From positions 159 to 64,158 of the forward strand of contig DUKZ01000015.1 of NCBI GenBank assembly GCA_013329045.1: DNA of 64,000 nucleotides. The letters are read 5' to 3'. Below the pieces are notes generated by a model that ran no database searches, had not been told where the DNA came from, and saw only the letters and a program-made list of their open reading frames with translations. Within the stretch, counting starts at the first letter, position 1. Every line of letters starts with the position of its first letter. Positions 16,879 to 27,192 of this stretch are shown here, one piece after another. The DNA is from Candidatus Woesearchaeota archaeon. Lineage in GTDB: Archaea; Nanobdellota; Nanobdellia; Woesearchaeales; UBA9989. Position numbers and translations under genes: made by a program.

Positions 16879-17532
16879 ATGGGAAAGGTTGGTGGGATTG
16901 ATGAAGCAGGGCGAGGTCCCCTCATTGGCCCGCTCGTGATCTGCGGGGTGTGCTGCGATGAACTCTCTCTTGATATGCTAAAAAGCCTCGGAGTGAAGGA
17001 CTCAAAGCTTCTTACTCCTCTTAGGAGAGAGGAATTGTTTGATAAGATTATTGCGATAGTCGATCATCACAAGATTATCATCATCCCCCCTGATGAGATT
17101 GACATGGCCGTGAATTCTTCAACGACAAACCTGAACTGGCTTGAAGCCATGAAATCAGCAGACATCATCAATACATTGCCAATGGACAAAGTCATCCTTG
17201 ATTGCCCATCCCAGAACATCCCAAGCTATACAAAATACGTCAAGGACCGGTTGAATAAAGATGTCAGGATTGTCTGCGAATATAAAGCAGACCTGAACCA
17301 TGTCATTGTGGCAGCAGCATCCATCCTTGCCAAAGTGACGAGAGATAGGGAGATTGAAAAGATCAAGGAAACGATAGGAGTTGATTTTGGCTCAGGATAT
17401 ACGTCCGATCCAAAGACAAGAGAGTTTCTCGTTGAACACACCGCCCTTGGAAACGGCATATTCAGGAAATCCTGGATGACCTATAAAGTGTTAGAGGGAA
17501 AAAAAGAACAAAAAACGCTGGGGGAGTATTAA
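16879..17532 (+). CDS. rnhB: Ribonuclease HII
   Basis: GIDEAGRGP, DSKLL, KAD....VAAASILAKV.RD, GSGY. Confidence 0.97.
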   Translation: MGKVGGIDEAGRGPLIGPLVICGVCCDELSLDMLKSLGVKDSKLLTPLRREELFDKIIAIVDHHKIIIIPPDEIDMAVNSSTTNLNWLEAMKSADIINTLPMDKVILDCPSQNIPSYTKYVKDRLNKDVRIVCEYKADLNHVIVAAASILAKVTRDREIEKIKETIGVDFGSGYTSDPKTREFLVEHTALGNGIFRKSWMTYKVLEGKKEQKTLGEY

Positions 17533-17538
17533 TTTGAC

Positions 17539-17958
17539 TTACTTAATCTTTTCTACTAATCCGCCAAGGTCTTGGGATGCTCTTTTGGAAGCCTCGAGAT
17601 TTGCTGCAACCAGGTCATCTTCTGTGAGCCTTCTTCCAAGATTCTCAGAATACGGGAGCAGCCTTGGGCCGCCAGAAGTCACATATTGATCAATGCCAAA
17701 CAGATTCTGGTAAGCAGCCTGCCTTGCTTTGCTCTGAGCATGAATAACCATCTGGGAGAGAACTCCCCGTCTTCTTTCCCGAGAAACATCAGCATGATTG
17801 ACATTGCCAACCCTTCCGGAATTAAGATAGACAGTTGCACAAGCAAGGGGGTCACCTGCCTTTGTCACCACTCCAGCCAATCTTGACAATTCTTCTGGGC
17901 GATATAATCCATTTCCAAATCCATTTCCGCTAACAGTAGCTGCTCTTTCTTGATACAT
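17539..17958 (-). CDS. Hypothetical protein
   Basis: ORF with GGAGG upstream of ATG. Confidence 0.6.
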   Translation of the reverse strand: MYQERAATVSGNGFGNGLYRPEELSRLAGVVTKAGDPLACATVYLNSGRVGNVNHADVSRERRRGVLSQMVIHAQSKARQAAYQNLFGIDQYVTSGGPRLLPYSENLGRRLTEDDLVAANLEASKRASQDLGGLVEKIK

Positions 17959-18142
17959 GATAAAAACCTCCACACTTTGGACACCTGGAGGTTCTTTTAA
18001 AGGTTTTTGAGCTAATTATTCATTGCATACTAATTACCCTGATAGGAATATCCTATGATATCAGGAGCACTCAGAAGCATTATAAAATCGCAGTCTTTAA
18101 ATACCATAACCTCACCATCCAACATGAGAAAAGGGGAATTTC

Positions 18143-21100
18143 ATGACGAAAATCAATCGAATGGTGATGCAGGGATTCAAGAGTTTTGCGAAGCACACTG
18201 AACTGATTTTTGGGGACAAATTCAACGTCATCGTCGGCCCAAACGGATCGGGAAAAAGTAATATTTACGATGCACTCTGTTTTGTCCTCGGCAAATCATC
18301 CTCCCGGTCGCTTCGGGCTGAAAAAGCCCAGAACCTCATCTACAATGGCGGGAAAGAAAGGAAACCGGCAGCTGCCGGTGAAGTAGCCATCTATTTTGAC
18401 AACACAAACAAGGTGTTCCCGACAGAGGAGGCGGAAGTGAAGATCAGCCGGATCGTCAAGCCAAACGGGCAGTCTACGTATAAAATCAACAACCAAAAAA
18501 GGACGCGTCAGCAAATCCTAGACCTTCTCGCTTTTGCAAAAATCAACCCGGACGGCTATAACATTATCCTCCAAGGAGACATCGTGCATTTCATCGATAT
18601 GCCCCCAACCGAGAGGCGAGAGATCATCGAGGAGATAGCAGGCATCTCTGTTTATGAGGAGAAGAAGCAAAAGGCGCTTGGCGAGCTTGATAAGGTCGGA
18701 GAGAAACTCAAGGAAGCATCGATCATCCTCGCCGAGCGGGCGACGTATCTAAAGGAGCTCAAGAAAGATCGCGACCATGCATTGAAGTATAAAGAGCTGG
18801 ATGACAAAATCAAGCAGCACAAAGCATCATACCTTCACCTGATGATCAAGCAAAAGGCAAAGAGCCTGGAAAAGTTTGAGACAGGGATGGGCGCATTCAC
18901 TGAGAGGATCAAGAGCCTGAGCGAAAAGATCGCGAAAGACAAGGAAGCTGTTGCCAGCAGCCAAGCAGAAGTAAAAACGATCAATGAGGAAATAGAGAGA
19001 AGAGGAGAACAAGAACAGCTCCAGCTCCACAAACAAGTAGAAGAACTTCGGGTTACCATCGCCACCAGCCAGCAACAGATCGCAAGCCACAAGAATGAAG
19101 TTGGAAGACTCACAGCCAGAAGAGAGCAGCTTGTTGCGAGCAAAGAAGACCTTGACAAAAAGATTACTGGACTGACAGAAGAGAACAGTGCCTATAAGAA
19201 ACGGCTCGAAGGGCTTTCCAAGGACAAAGAGCATATCACCCTGAAGATTGCTGAATTTCGAAAGAAGCACAGCCTTGATAATGTCAGCGAGATAGAGCGC
19301 GGCGTTGAGGAATTGGAAAAGAGCATCGAACAAGAACAAGAGAAAGCAGGAGAGTGGCGGGTAAAACAGCAGGAACTGCTCAGAGAAAAGGACAAGATCG
19401 AATACCAGATCAACATGGTAGACCAGCGCATCGCCAAGATGGATGAGGTGGAAAAAGAGAATAAGAAGGAGCTGGAGAATCTCAAACAGAAAAAAGACCT
19501 TTTCAAAAAAATAACTGTAGAACTCAATACCATCCTCAATGAGGATTCATCCCTTGCTGTCCAGATCGCAAACAAGCGAGAGCGGCTGCTGCAGGCAAAA
19601 GAAGAGCTGGCAAAAGTCAGGGTAAGGAACGCTGCCGTCACTGAAACAGCGAAAGGAAGCGCGGCAGTCAACAAGATCATCGATGAGAAAAAACGCTTTC
19701 CGGGGGTTTATGGAACTGTGGCAGATCTTGGAAGCGTGCCATCAAAATATGCTGTTGCCCTCGAGCGGGCAGCTGGCCCTCGGCTTCGCAGCATCATCGT
19801 TGATTCAGACAAAACAGCAGCTGATTGTATCAGGTATCTCAAAGAGAACAAGCTTGGCCATGCGACATTCCTGCCACTCAACAAGATCAAGGGGGCAGAG
19901 GAACGAATAGTCTCTCCAGACCTGATCAAAGCGAATGGGAGCCATGGCCTCGCACTTGGCCTCATCGACTTTGACAAAAAATTCAAGAATGCCTTTGGGT
20001 ATGTTTTTGGCAATACTATCATCGTCGAGAGCATCGACGTTGCCAGACGCATTGGCATTGGATCCGCACGGATGGTGAGCCTCGATGGGGACCTCGCAGA
20101 ACTCTCTGGAGCGATGCAGGGAGGATTCTTCAGCAAGCGCTCAGAGACAGGCTTTAAGGAGAAGGAACTCACAGAAAACCTGCAGCGGATTGAGCGGGAA
20201 GTAGATGAACTTGTGATGTCCCTTGAAGTGCTCGAGAAAAGAAGACGGGACAATGACGAAAAGATCACCCAGCACCGTGAAAGCAAACACGCTCTTGAAG
20301 GGGATATCATCAAAGAAGAAAAAGCGCTCCACCTCGACACGGATGACCTTTCCGCCTCCCAAAACCAGAAAGCAACACTTCAAGAGGAGCTCTCGAGAAT
20401 CATAAAAGAGATGGGCGGGGTGGAGGACAATATCTCATCATTTACCAAGAAGCTCACAGACATCAAGATCAAGAGAGAACAATTACGAGGGAAAATCAAG
20501 GAATTACGAAATCCTGCATTGTTAGCTGAATTGAATACATTTGAGCATAAGCGAACAGAACTCTCTGAAAGCATCATCACAACGGATGGCAAACTCAGGA
20601 CAAATGAGAGCCAATTGACCAATGTGCTCGTGCCGGAAACCGAGAAAACAGAGAAAATCATTAAGCAGCTCGCCAAGGAAGAAGCAGGATTTGCCCAGCA
20701 GATTGGCGAGGTTGAAAAGAGCATAAAAAAACTGACCAGCGACCTTGTGGCAAAAGAAGAGCAGGAGAAAAAGTTCTATTCCCAATTCAAGAACCTCTTC
20801 ACAAAACGGGACAAGATCAATGAACAAATCCAAAAACTGGAGGTTGCCATCATCAAGAAAGAAGAAGAGATTAGGGGAGTAGAACAGCAGCAGAATGCCA
20901 GCTCCATTGAAGCGGTCAGGATCAAAGCAGAGATCTCCGGCCTGGAAGAGGATTACAAAGAGTATCATGGAATTAAAGTGATTGAGAGCAAGAGCATCGA
21001 TGACCTGAAAGCGGATACAAGAAATTTTGAGCGAAGCCTTGCCGCGATTGGGAGCGTGAATATGCGGGCTCTTGAGATTTACGAAAAAGTGGAAGTCGAA

Positions 21101-21640
21101 TACAATAATCTGCTTGACAAGGAAAGGAAGCTTTCAGAGGAAAAAGAAGAGATCATTGGCATGATGAATGAGATAGACAGCAAGAAGTCTGAACTGTTCA
21201 TGAAAACATTCGATCTTGTGAATACTCACTTCCAGGAAATATTTGGGAAACTGACAACCAAAGGAGCACAGGCATACCTTGAGATAGAAGATCCGGAACA
21301 CATCTTCGAGAACGGCGTCCTTATCAAGGTGAAGATTACCGGCACGAGGTTCATGGACATTCGGAGTTTGTCAGGCGGGGAGAAGACATTGACGGCACTT
21401 GCCTTTATTTTCGCCATACAAGAATTCGATCCTGCAAGCTTTTACGTTCTTGATGAAGTTGATGCTGCGCTTGACAAGCACAACTCAGAACAGCTTGCCC
21501 AGCTCATCCAGAAATATGCTGAACATGCACAATACATCACTGCGTCCCATAACGACCAGATCATCTCTGCAGCTGATACCATCTATGGGGTTTCCATGAA
21601 TGAACATGGGATGAGCTCGGTTGTGAGTTTGAAATTGTAG
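18143..21640 (+). CDS. smc: Chromosome segregation protein SMC
   Basis: GPNGSGKSN, long coiled coils, hinge domain, LSGGEK, LDEVDAALD. Confidence 0.98.
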   Translation: MTKINRMVMQGFKSFAKHTELIFGDKFNVIVGPNGSGKSNIYDALCFVLGKSSSRSLRAEKAQNLIYNGGKERKPAAAGEVAIYFDNTNKVFPTEEAEVKISRIVKPNGQSTYKINNQKRTRQQILDLLAFAKINPDGYNIILQGDIVHFIDMPPTERREIIEEIAGISVYEEKKQKALGELDKVGEKLKEASIILAERATYLKELKKDRDHALKYKELDDKIKQHKASYLHLMIKQKAKSLEKFETGMGAFTERIKSLSEKIAKDKEAVASSQAEVKTINEEIERRGEQEQLQLHKQVEELRVTIATSQQQIASHKNEVGRLTARREQLVASKEDLDKKITGLTEENSAYKKRLEGLSKDKEHITLKIAEFRKKHSLDNVSEIERGVEELEKSIEQEQEKAGEWRVKQQELLREKDKIEYQINMVDQRIAKMDEVEKENKKELENLKQKKDLFKKITVELNTILNEDSSLAVQIANKRERLLQAKEELAKVRVRNAAVTETAKGSAAVNKIIDEKKRFPGVYGTVADLGSVPSKYAVALERAAGPRLRSIIVDSDKTAADCIRYLKENKLGHATFLPLNKIKGAEERIVSPDLIKANGSHGLALGLIDFDKKFKNAFGYVFGNTIIVESIDVARRIGIGSARMVSLDGDLAELSGAMQGGFFSKRSETGFKEKELTENLQRIEREVDELVMSLEVLEKRRRDNDEKITQHRESKHALEGDIIKEEKALHLDTDDLSASQNQKATLQEELSRIIKEMGGVEDNISSFTKKLTDIKIKREQLRGKIKELRNPALLAELNTFEHKRTELSESIITTDGKLRTNESQLTNVLVPETEKTEKIIKQLAKEEAGFAQQIGEVEKSIKKLTSDLVAKEEQEKKFYSQFKNLFTKRDKINEQIQKLEVAIIKKEEEIRGVEQQQNASSIEAVRIKAEISGLEEDYKEYHGIKVIESKSIDDLKADTRNFERSLAAIGSVNMRALEIYEKVEVEYNNLLDKERKLSEEKEEIIGMMNEIDSKKSELFMKTFDLVNTHFQEIFGKLTTKGAQAYLEIEDPEHIFENGVLIKVKITGTRFMDIRSLSGGEKTLTALAFIFAIQEFDPASFYVLDEVDAALDKHNSEQLAQLIQKYAEHAQYITASHNDQIISAADTIYGVSMNEHGMSSVVSLKL

Positions 21641-21754
21641 TGAAGAGTATGAAATTGTAAGAGGGATTCATCAATTCAAAGTATCCTTTCAATGACAAGA
21701 GTCTTTATATATTCTTTTTGTGATAGAGAAAATTGGGGTGGTGGTAGGTGGAAG

Positions 21755-24604
21755 ATGAGAAAATCTACGTGTTTGATAATCACTTTATTATTAATTTTGC
21801 CGGTATGTTACTCTTTAAGTATATTGCCTGTGGGGAATGAATTTCTTGTAAATAACAATATTGCAGGTGATCAAAAATTCCCATCAGTAACTATTCTTGA
21901 AAACGGCAGTTTTATCATAACATGGCAGAGTGCAGGTGATGGTAATGGTTTTGGCATTTATGCCAGAATCTATAATGCAACTGGCGCCCCCATCACAAAT
22001 GAATTTTTAGTAAATAATCAGACAGGAGGTGATCAGACAAGCCCTGATATCTCCAGTGATAAAAATGGTAATTTTGTAATAGTTTGGGAAGAAGGAACAG
22101 GGAATGATATTTTTGCAAAAACATACTCAAGTGATCATAGTCCTCTCACTAATGGTTTCCAAGTGAATACTTACACAACCAATCTTCAATCTAGACCAAA
22201 GGTTTCATTAAGAAATGATAGCTCATTTGTAGTTGTGTGGCAAAGCGCTGGGCAGGATACCTCATTTGATGGGGTCTATGGACAAAGATTCTGGTTGAAT
22301 GGTTCGAAGATAGGGAATGAGTTCCAGGTAAACTCATTCACGACTGGTCAACAAGATGACCCTGCTGTCGATTACTCCTCATCAGGAGACTTCATTGTAG
22401 TATACAATAGCGAACATGACGGTTCTGGTTATGGTGTTTTTGGCCAGATATTTGGTAGCATGGGATCTAAAAAGGGTAATGAGTTCCAGATAAACAATTA
22501 TACAAATAGCTCTCAATACCGACCAGATGTTAGATACACAAGAAATGATGATTTTCTGGTTGTTTGGCAGAGCATAGGGCAGGATGGCTCTGCTGAAGGA
22601 GTGTATGGCCAATGGTTCAATAGATCCGGTAATAAGATCACTGGGGAGTATCAGATTAACCAATACTTCGCAGGTGAGCAGCTTGTAGCAAAGATTGGTA
22701 TGGGCGATCTACATGAATCTATAATCACATGGATGAGTGAATCTCAGGATTTGAGTGGGTGGGGGGTTTATGCTAGAGTATACAATCAAAGTATGTTGCC
22801 AGTAGGTAATGAAACTTTGATTAATCAAGAGACCAGCGATGACCAGAGAAATCCAAGAATTTCTGCAATAAAAAATGGATATGTGGTCATCACTTGGTCA
22901 AGTAATCAAGATGGAAGTGGTCAAGGTATTTATGCAAGGATTTACGCCTTCGATCAAGATGGTGATGGCGTCCTTAATGATAATTGTCCTGATGTGTATA
23001 ACCTTGATCAAGCGGATGCTGATGGAGATGGTATAGGGAACTTATGTGATAATTGTCCATCAAATTTAAATCCGAGTCAGGAAGATATTGATGGTGATAG
23101 TGTGGGAGATATTTGCGATAACTGCCCATCTGATTTCAATTCTGATCAGACCGATGCAGACAATGATGGATTTGGAGAAGTCTGTGATTGTAATGATGGG
23201 GATGATAATGTATTTCCTCCTTCTGATGGGATGTCAATAACTAGCAACACAATACTCTGCACGGGAAGCTATAGTTTGTCAAACGGCATATCAATCACCG
23301 CAGATAATCTTATCCTTCAATGCAACAATACCGAAATTGTAGGCTCTTCAACTACTACAAATGGGATTACTCTGCACGATGGAGCGTTCAATGTAACAAT
23401 AAACAACTGCAATGTTACAAATTATTTTAAGGGAATCTTCTGCTATCAAGATTGCAATGACAACATACTCCAACAAAATAACCTTTATAACAACGAACAA
23501 GCAGGCATCGTTTTTTCCTACCGAAGCAACAATAACATCTTCAGGGAAAACTTTGTATCTAGAAACGGAGGGGGGATAACACCACCAGACGTGCCCTGTG
23601 GGTTGTGTATTGATCTTGACACCCATGACAATCTTGTCTATAATAACATTTTCTCAGACAATCTAGGGTACGGACTTAATTTACAACGGACTCAACAAAA
23701 CAATATAACCAACAATACGTTCATCAACAATACTATAACTGGCTTGGGAGTTGACCAGAGAGTGAGTGGACCAGGAATTTTTAACCAATCAGCACTCAAC
23801 AATATCTGGAACAATATTTTCCAAGTGATGGGAGTGAATGATTCCCATGAGACAGATAATACATACTGTGTTGATTGCCTGGGCAATAACTATTTCGACG
23901 GTGCGACAGGGCCGCAATGCCCCTCATCATGTTTCGATCCAGACAATGACGGAATAAACTCAACCTTTGATAACTGTCCGAACCTTCCAAACACCAACCA
24001 ATCAGACTTCGATAACGACACTGTAGGCGACATCTGCGACAATTGTTTCAACGTCAATAATACTGGTCAGGAAGATGACAATAACAACTCAGTCGGAAAT
24101 CTTTGTGAACCAACAAATTATCAAACGAAGGGTGGCTTGGTAAACATGAGTTGCTTTATCGGAGATGATCCTGTAGGATTGACGAATGTTCAAGCTGTTG
24201 ATGAAAACACTCTTCCCCAAGAGGGAAAACCAGACCTAACGTTCATTTTTGGGTTATTCTCTTTCGAGATTGAAAATATTCCTCCAGGATCAACAGTTGA
24301 TTGCACCTTAACCCTTCCCTCAACCTTGGAAAATGCTCAATACTGGAAATATGGACCGAATGGGTCTATCAACAACCCTCAACCTGCCAGATGGTATCAA
24401 ATTCCTATGGTTACCAATCGAAACAACATAACAATCAATATAATCGATGGTGGTGTTGGAGATGATACAGGAGCAGTAAATGGCCACATCATCGATCAAG
24501 GAGGGCCTGGAGTGCCTTCTCTACCTATTCCAGCAATGCCCTGGACCCTGGCTGTAATGCTTGGCCTCGTCTTTATCCTGATTGGGCACCATGGAAAACG
24601 CTAA
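21755..24604 (+). CDS. Large surface protein: EF.VN beta-repeats, thrombospondin type-3 repeats, beta-helix, choice-of-anchor-U-like domain, IPTL-CTERM-like tail
   Basis: Signal peptide; repeated GNEFQVN...Q..P...FVVVW; DNCP..N..Q.D.D.DG.GD.CD; YWKYGP...DGGVGDD; PIPAMPW+TM+basic tail. Confidence 0.85.
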   Translation: MRKSTCLIITLLLILPVCYSLSILPVGNEFLVNNNIAGDQKFPSVTILENGSFIITWQSAGDGNGFGIYARIYNATGAPITNEFLVNNQTGGDQTSPDISSDKNGNFVIVWEEGTGNDIFAKTYSSDHSPLTNGFQVNTYTTNLQSRPKVSLRNDSSFVVVWQSAGQDTSFDGVYGQRFWLNGSKIGNEFQVNSFTTGQQDDPAVDYSSSGDFIVVYNSEHDGSGYGVFGQIFGSMGSKKGNEFQINNYTNSSQYRPDVRYTRNDDFLVVWQSIGQDGSAEGVYGQWFNRSGNKITGEYQINQYFAGEQLVAKIGMGDLHESIITWMSESQDLSGWGVYARVYNQSMLPVGNETLINQETSDDQRNPRISAIKNGYVVITWSSNQDGSGQGIYARIYAFDQDGDGVLNDNCPDVYNLDQADADGDGIGNLCDNCPSNLNPSQEDIDGDSVGDICDNCPSDFNSDQTDADNDGFGEVCDCNDGDDNVFPPSDGMSITSNTILCTGSYSLSNGISITADNLILQCNNTEIVGSSTTTNGITLHDGAFNVTINNCNVTNYFKGIFCYQDCNDNILQQNNLYNNEQAGIVFSYRSNNNIFRENFVSRNGGGITPPDVPCGLCIDLDTHDNLVYNNIFSDNLGYGLNLQRTQQNNITNNTFINNTITGLGVDQRVSGPGIFNQSALNNIWNNIFQVMGVNDSHETDNTYCVDCLGNNYFDGATGPQCPSSCFDPDNDGINSTFDNCPNLPNTNQSDFDNDTVGDICDNCFNVNNTGQEDDNNNSVGNLCEPTNYQTKGGLVNMSCFIGDDPVGLTNVQAVDENTLPQEGKPDLTFIFGLFSFEIENIPPGSTVDCTLTLPSTLENAQYWKYGPNGSINNPQPARWYQIPMVTNRNNITINIIDGGVGDDTGAVNGHIIDQGGPGVPSLPIPAMPWTLAVMLGLVFILIGHHGKR

Positions 24605-25031
24605 GTTTACTATCGCATTCCTGGCATGGTATCTCCCAGTGTATGGGCTGTTTTATCTGTTCTCGCTGCCATTGACACATGCATATATGTGGTTTCTCTC
24701 TCTTACGCCGTGGATCTCTTCAGGAAATACCCTCCTGATAGATGGCTCTGCCTTAACACTTGATACTGCCTGCATAGGGATTGCAATCTTTGCAATGTTT
24801 ACCTCATTTGTCATTGCATTTGGATTTAATTTTGCATCATTCCTGGCAGGAATCGGATTGATATTCCTGCTAAATCTGTTGAGAATCTTCACGTTAGGGC
24901 TAGCAGCAATGACAGGTGTTTTTGACATTGTCCATAACTTTCTCTGGCCCTCAACATTCTTCCTATTTGCTGGACTCGCAGCTTACCTGCATGTGAGGTG
25001 GATACGATCGATATCAAAAAAGGAATCCTGA
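24591..25031 (+). CDS. Exosortase/archaeosortase-family transpeptidase (compact)
   Basis: TAC.G, LNLLRI and HNFLW give the Cys/Arg/His triad in TM context; overlaps the end of the surface protein gene. Confidence 0.8.
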   Translation: MENAKFTIAFLAWYLPVYGLFYLFSLPLTHAYMWFLSLTPWISSGNTLLIDGSALTLDTACIGIAIFAMFTSFVIAFGFNFASFLAGIGLIFLLNLLRIFTLGLAAMTGVFDIVHNFLWPSTFFLFAGLAAYLHVRWIRSISKKES

Positions 25032-25459
25032 GCTACGTGCTCTTGTTTGCTCTCATTCGGATATTACCAATAAACATCTTTCAAGTCATGATAAGTTTTG
25101 GAGTCAAGGTATTGAGCATGATTTTTGGCATACCTCTCAAGATGGTCGTGTTCCCAAATTTGGTAGAGTTAATGAGTGGGACAGGGAGAATGGTGATCTC
25201 ACAGAGTTTTTACGACATCCTTGTCGGCATTGCTCTTTGTATTATGGTAAGCATGAACCTAAAAAAAGTGGTTCTCTTCCTTGCGGGAATGCTAACTTTT
25301 TATATTCTCCTCTATGGAGGAATGGTGGTATTTTTAGAACACGGGTGGATATCACAGGTGGTTATTATGATACCGCAAATAGTGCAGGTGATTGTATTTC
25401 CTATAATTATTGTTGCTGTCTTGTTGATGAGAAATAACATGTCATGGGTTACAAACTGA
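24998..25459 (+). CDS. Membrane protein, exosortase-associated
   Basis: Hydrophobic 153-aa ORF overlapping the exosortase 3' end. Confidence 0.65.
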   Translation: MDTIDIKKGILSYVLLFALIRILPINIFQVMISFGVKVLSMIFGIPLKMVVFPNLVELMSGTGRMVISQSFYDILVGIALCIMVSMNLKKVVLFLAGMLTFYILLYGGMVVFLEHGWISQVVIMIPQIVQVIVFPIIIVAVLLMRNNMSWVTN

Positions 25460-25673
25460 TTAACGATTTTTTAGCATATTAATCTCTGACTCAGAACCAG
25501 CGTCAGCAAACCTCAAGAGGGGAGATAGTGACGTTACCATCACTGGTCAGCATTCCAAAAGCTTTAAATACATAATAATCAATATTTTATCCAGTGGCAT
25601 ATAATAAAAAAAGGGGTAATTTAGAAATCTTTTTAAGTGATTTAGCCGCTCCGTTATCAGTGGGGGGGTATTC

Positions 25674-26480
25674 ATGATATTATCGAAAGATGAAGCAATA
25701 TGCCTAATTTTAAGTTTGTCTAAAAACAAGGAAGTTTCATCACCTACAAAATTGAACAAACTGTTAGCAAGGCTTAACTTATTTTATATTCCAGTCGACA
25801 TTGATTTTACTTTGAATAAATTTGGTTCTTTTAACGCAGATTTATCAGAACTTCGTGAGAATGATTATTATAGTACCTCGCAATATGAATATAAGGAAAA
25901 AAAGGTGAATAAGTTTATATTGAAACCAAAAGGAGAAGTGTTAATAAAAGAGGTTGTAGAACAAAAACTTAAAAGAATTTTAACAGAAGAGGAACTCAAA
26001 TCTCTGGGTGAAAACATTTCATATCTCAGTTCCTTAACTGCAACAGAAATATCTGATAATGAACATAGTATATTGCTGGTTGATGTTGATGATAGGTTCA
26101 GATTAGAGCAGAAAATTAATGAAACCTTTATAGAATTAAAGGATCTCTATCAAGGATTAAATGATATACCGGAAAACACAATAGTCGAAATAAGGTTAAA
26201 GGCTTTGATAGAACTCTGCTATTATTTAATAAAGTATTTAAAAGAAATGAAGTTTAAGAGGTTACAGGATAAAGAATATGACTTTCATTCCAATATGTTT
26301 GATTATTATTTCTTAGAGAATATCCATTCTATCATCCCTTTCTTGAAGAGGGCTGTTTTGAATAATAACAACGAGGGGATAACCATAAACAAATATTATC
26401 AATACTTTATCAACTCTGTGCGGGACAGACACCCTTTTTCAATCTATAATGAAAGTCTTAATGAGATAGTTTTGATATAA
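25674..26480 (+). CDS. Hypothetical protein with N-terminal SocA/Panacea-like winged-helix motif (putative antitoxin)
   Basis: SPTKLNKLLA...F....FGSF..DL resembles T.LQKL.Y...YGP; very AT-rich. Confidence 0.55.
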   Translation: MILSKDEAICLILSLSKNKEVSSPTKLNKLLARLNLFYIPVDIDFTLNKFGSFNADLSELRENDYYSTSQYEYKEKKVNKFILKPKGEVLIKEVVEQKLKRILTEEELKSLGENISYLSSLTATEISDNEHSILLVDVDDRFRLEQKINETFIELKDLYQGLNDIPENTIVEIRLKALIELCYYLIKYLKEMKFKRLQDKEYDFHSNMFDYYFLENIHSIIPFLKRAVLNNNNEGITINKYYQYFINSVRDRHPFSIYNESLNEIVLI

Positions 26481-26481
26481 C

Positions 26482-27069
26482 ATGATTGTCAACAAATGTA
26501 TCTATGCATTTGATGAATGTTCGATCCTAAAATTATGTGAAATCCACATTCCTCCTGCATATCAAATATTTTTCGCAAAGAGTATTCTGACTGAAAGAAA
26601 CCATCATAAAATTAAGACTGCTGTTCAAAGACTAGATTTCAAGGATATTAAAAAATGGAGATTTGTTCCATCTGAGAATACCCAAAGTAATATCATTAAG
26701 GTAGCAAATAAACTGCTTGAAGGATACAATATCCAGATGCTTCCTAAGATATTTAAAGCTCAAATAATAGAACAACTTGAAGAGTTCAGCCGAGATATCC
26801 CTTTGACTTTTGACGAAATTAAAAAAAATGATGAGATTACTGAAATTAAAGAAATATTTGTTACTAACGAGCGAGTTCTAAAGAGAGAAAAAAATATACC
26901 GGAGGATGATGATATGAAAATAATTTCTGGTTATATCAAGATTGGAACTGAAAAAGAGAAGTTTCTTATCACAGAAGATGAACATTTTTGGGGTTACTCT
27001 GATTTAATTGCTGAAAATTTTAGAATTATAATTATTGAAGAATGGAGATGTGACAAAGTATTAGCATAA
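26482..27069 (+). CDS. PIN-domain-like protein (putative toxin)
   Basis: N-terminal FDECSIL; DDDMKII; FLITEDEHF acidic PIN-like residues. Confidence 0.6.
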   Translation: MIVNKCIYAFDECSILKLCEIHIPPAYQIFFAKSILTERNHHKIKTAVQRLDFKDIKKWRFVPSENTQSNIIKVANKLLEGYNIQMLPKIFKAQIIEQLEEFSRDIPLTFDEIKKNDEITEIKEIFVTNERVLKREKNIPEDDDMKIISGYIKIGTEKEKFLITEDEHFWGYSDLIAENFRIIIIEEWRCDKVLA

Positions 27070-27192
27070 ATAGGTTAGTTACTCATCGTATCATATTATT
27101 CTCCTAAGCAATGCTGTAACCTTTCACTATCAAAAAAAAATGATACCACTCGACTCTATTTTTTATGTTGAATCATAACACGCATTTTTACT

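Noticed and set aside
18038-18065. Palindrome cctgata...tatcagg upstream of smc
   Set aside because: Single short instance; cannot be distinguished from chance
18296-21599. Many overlapping alternative-frame and antisense ORFs in smc (also in the atp operon and hppA)
   Set aside because: Low-complexity shadows of well-supported genes
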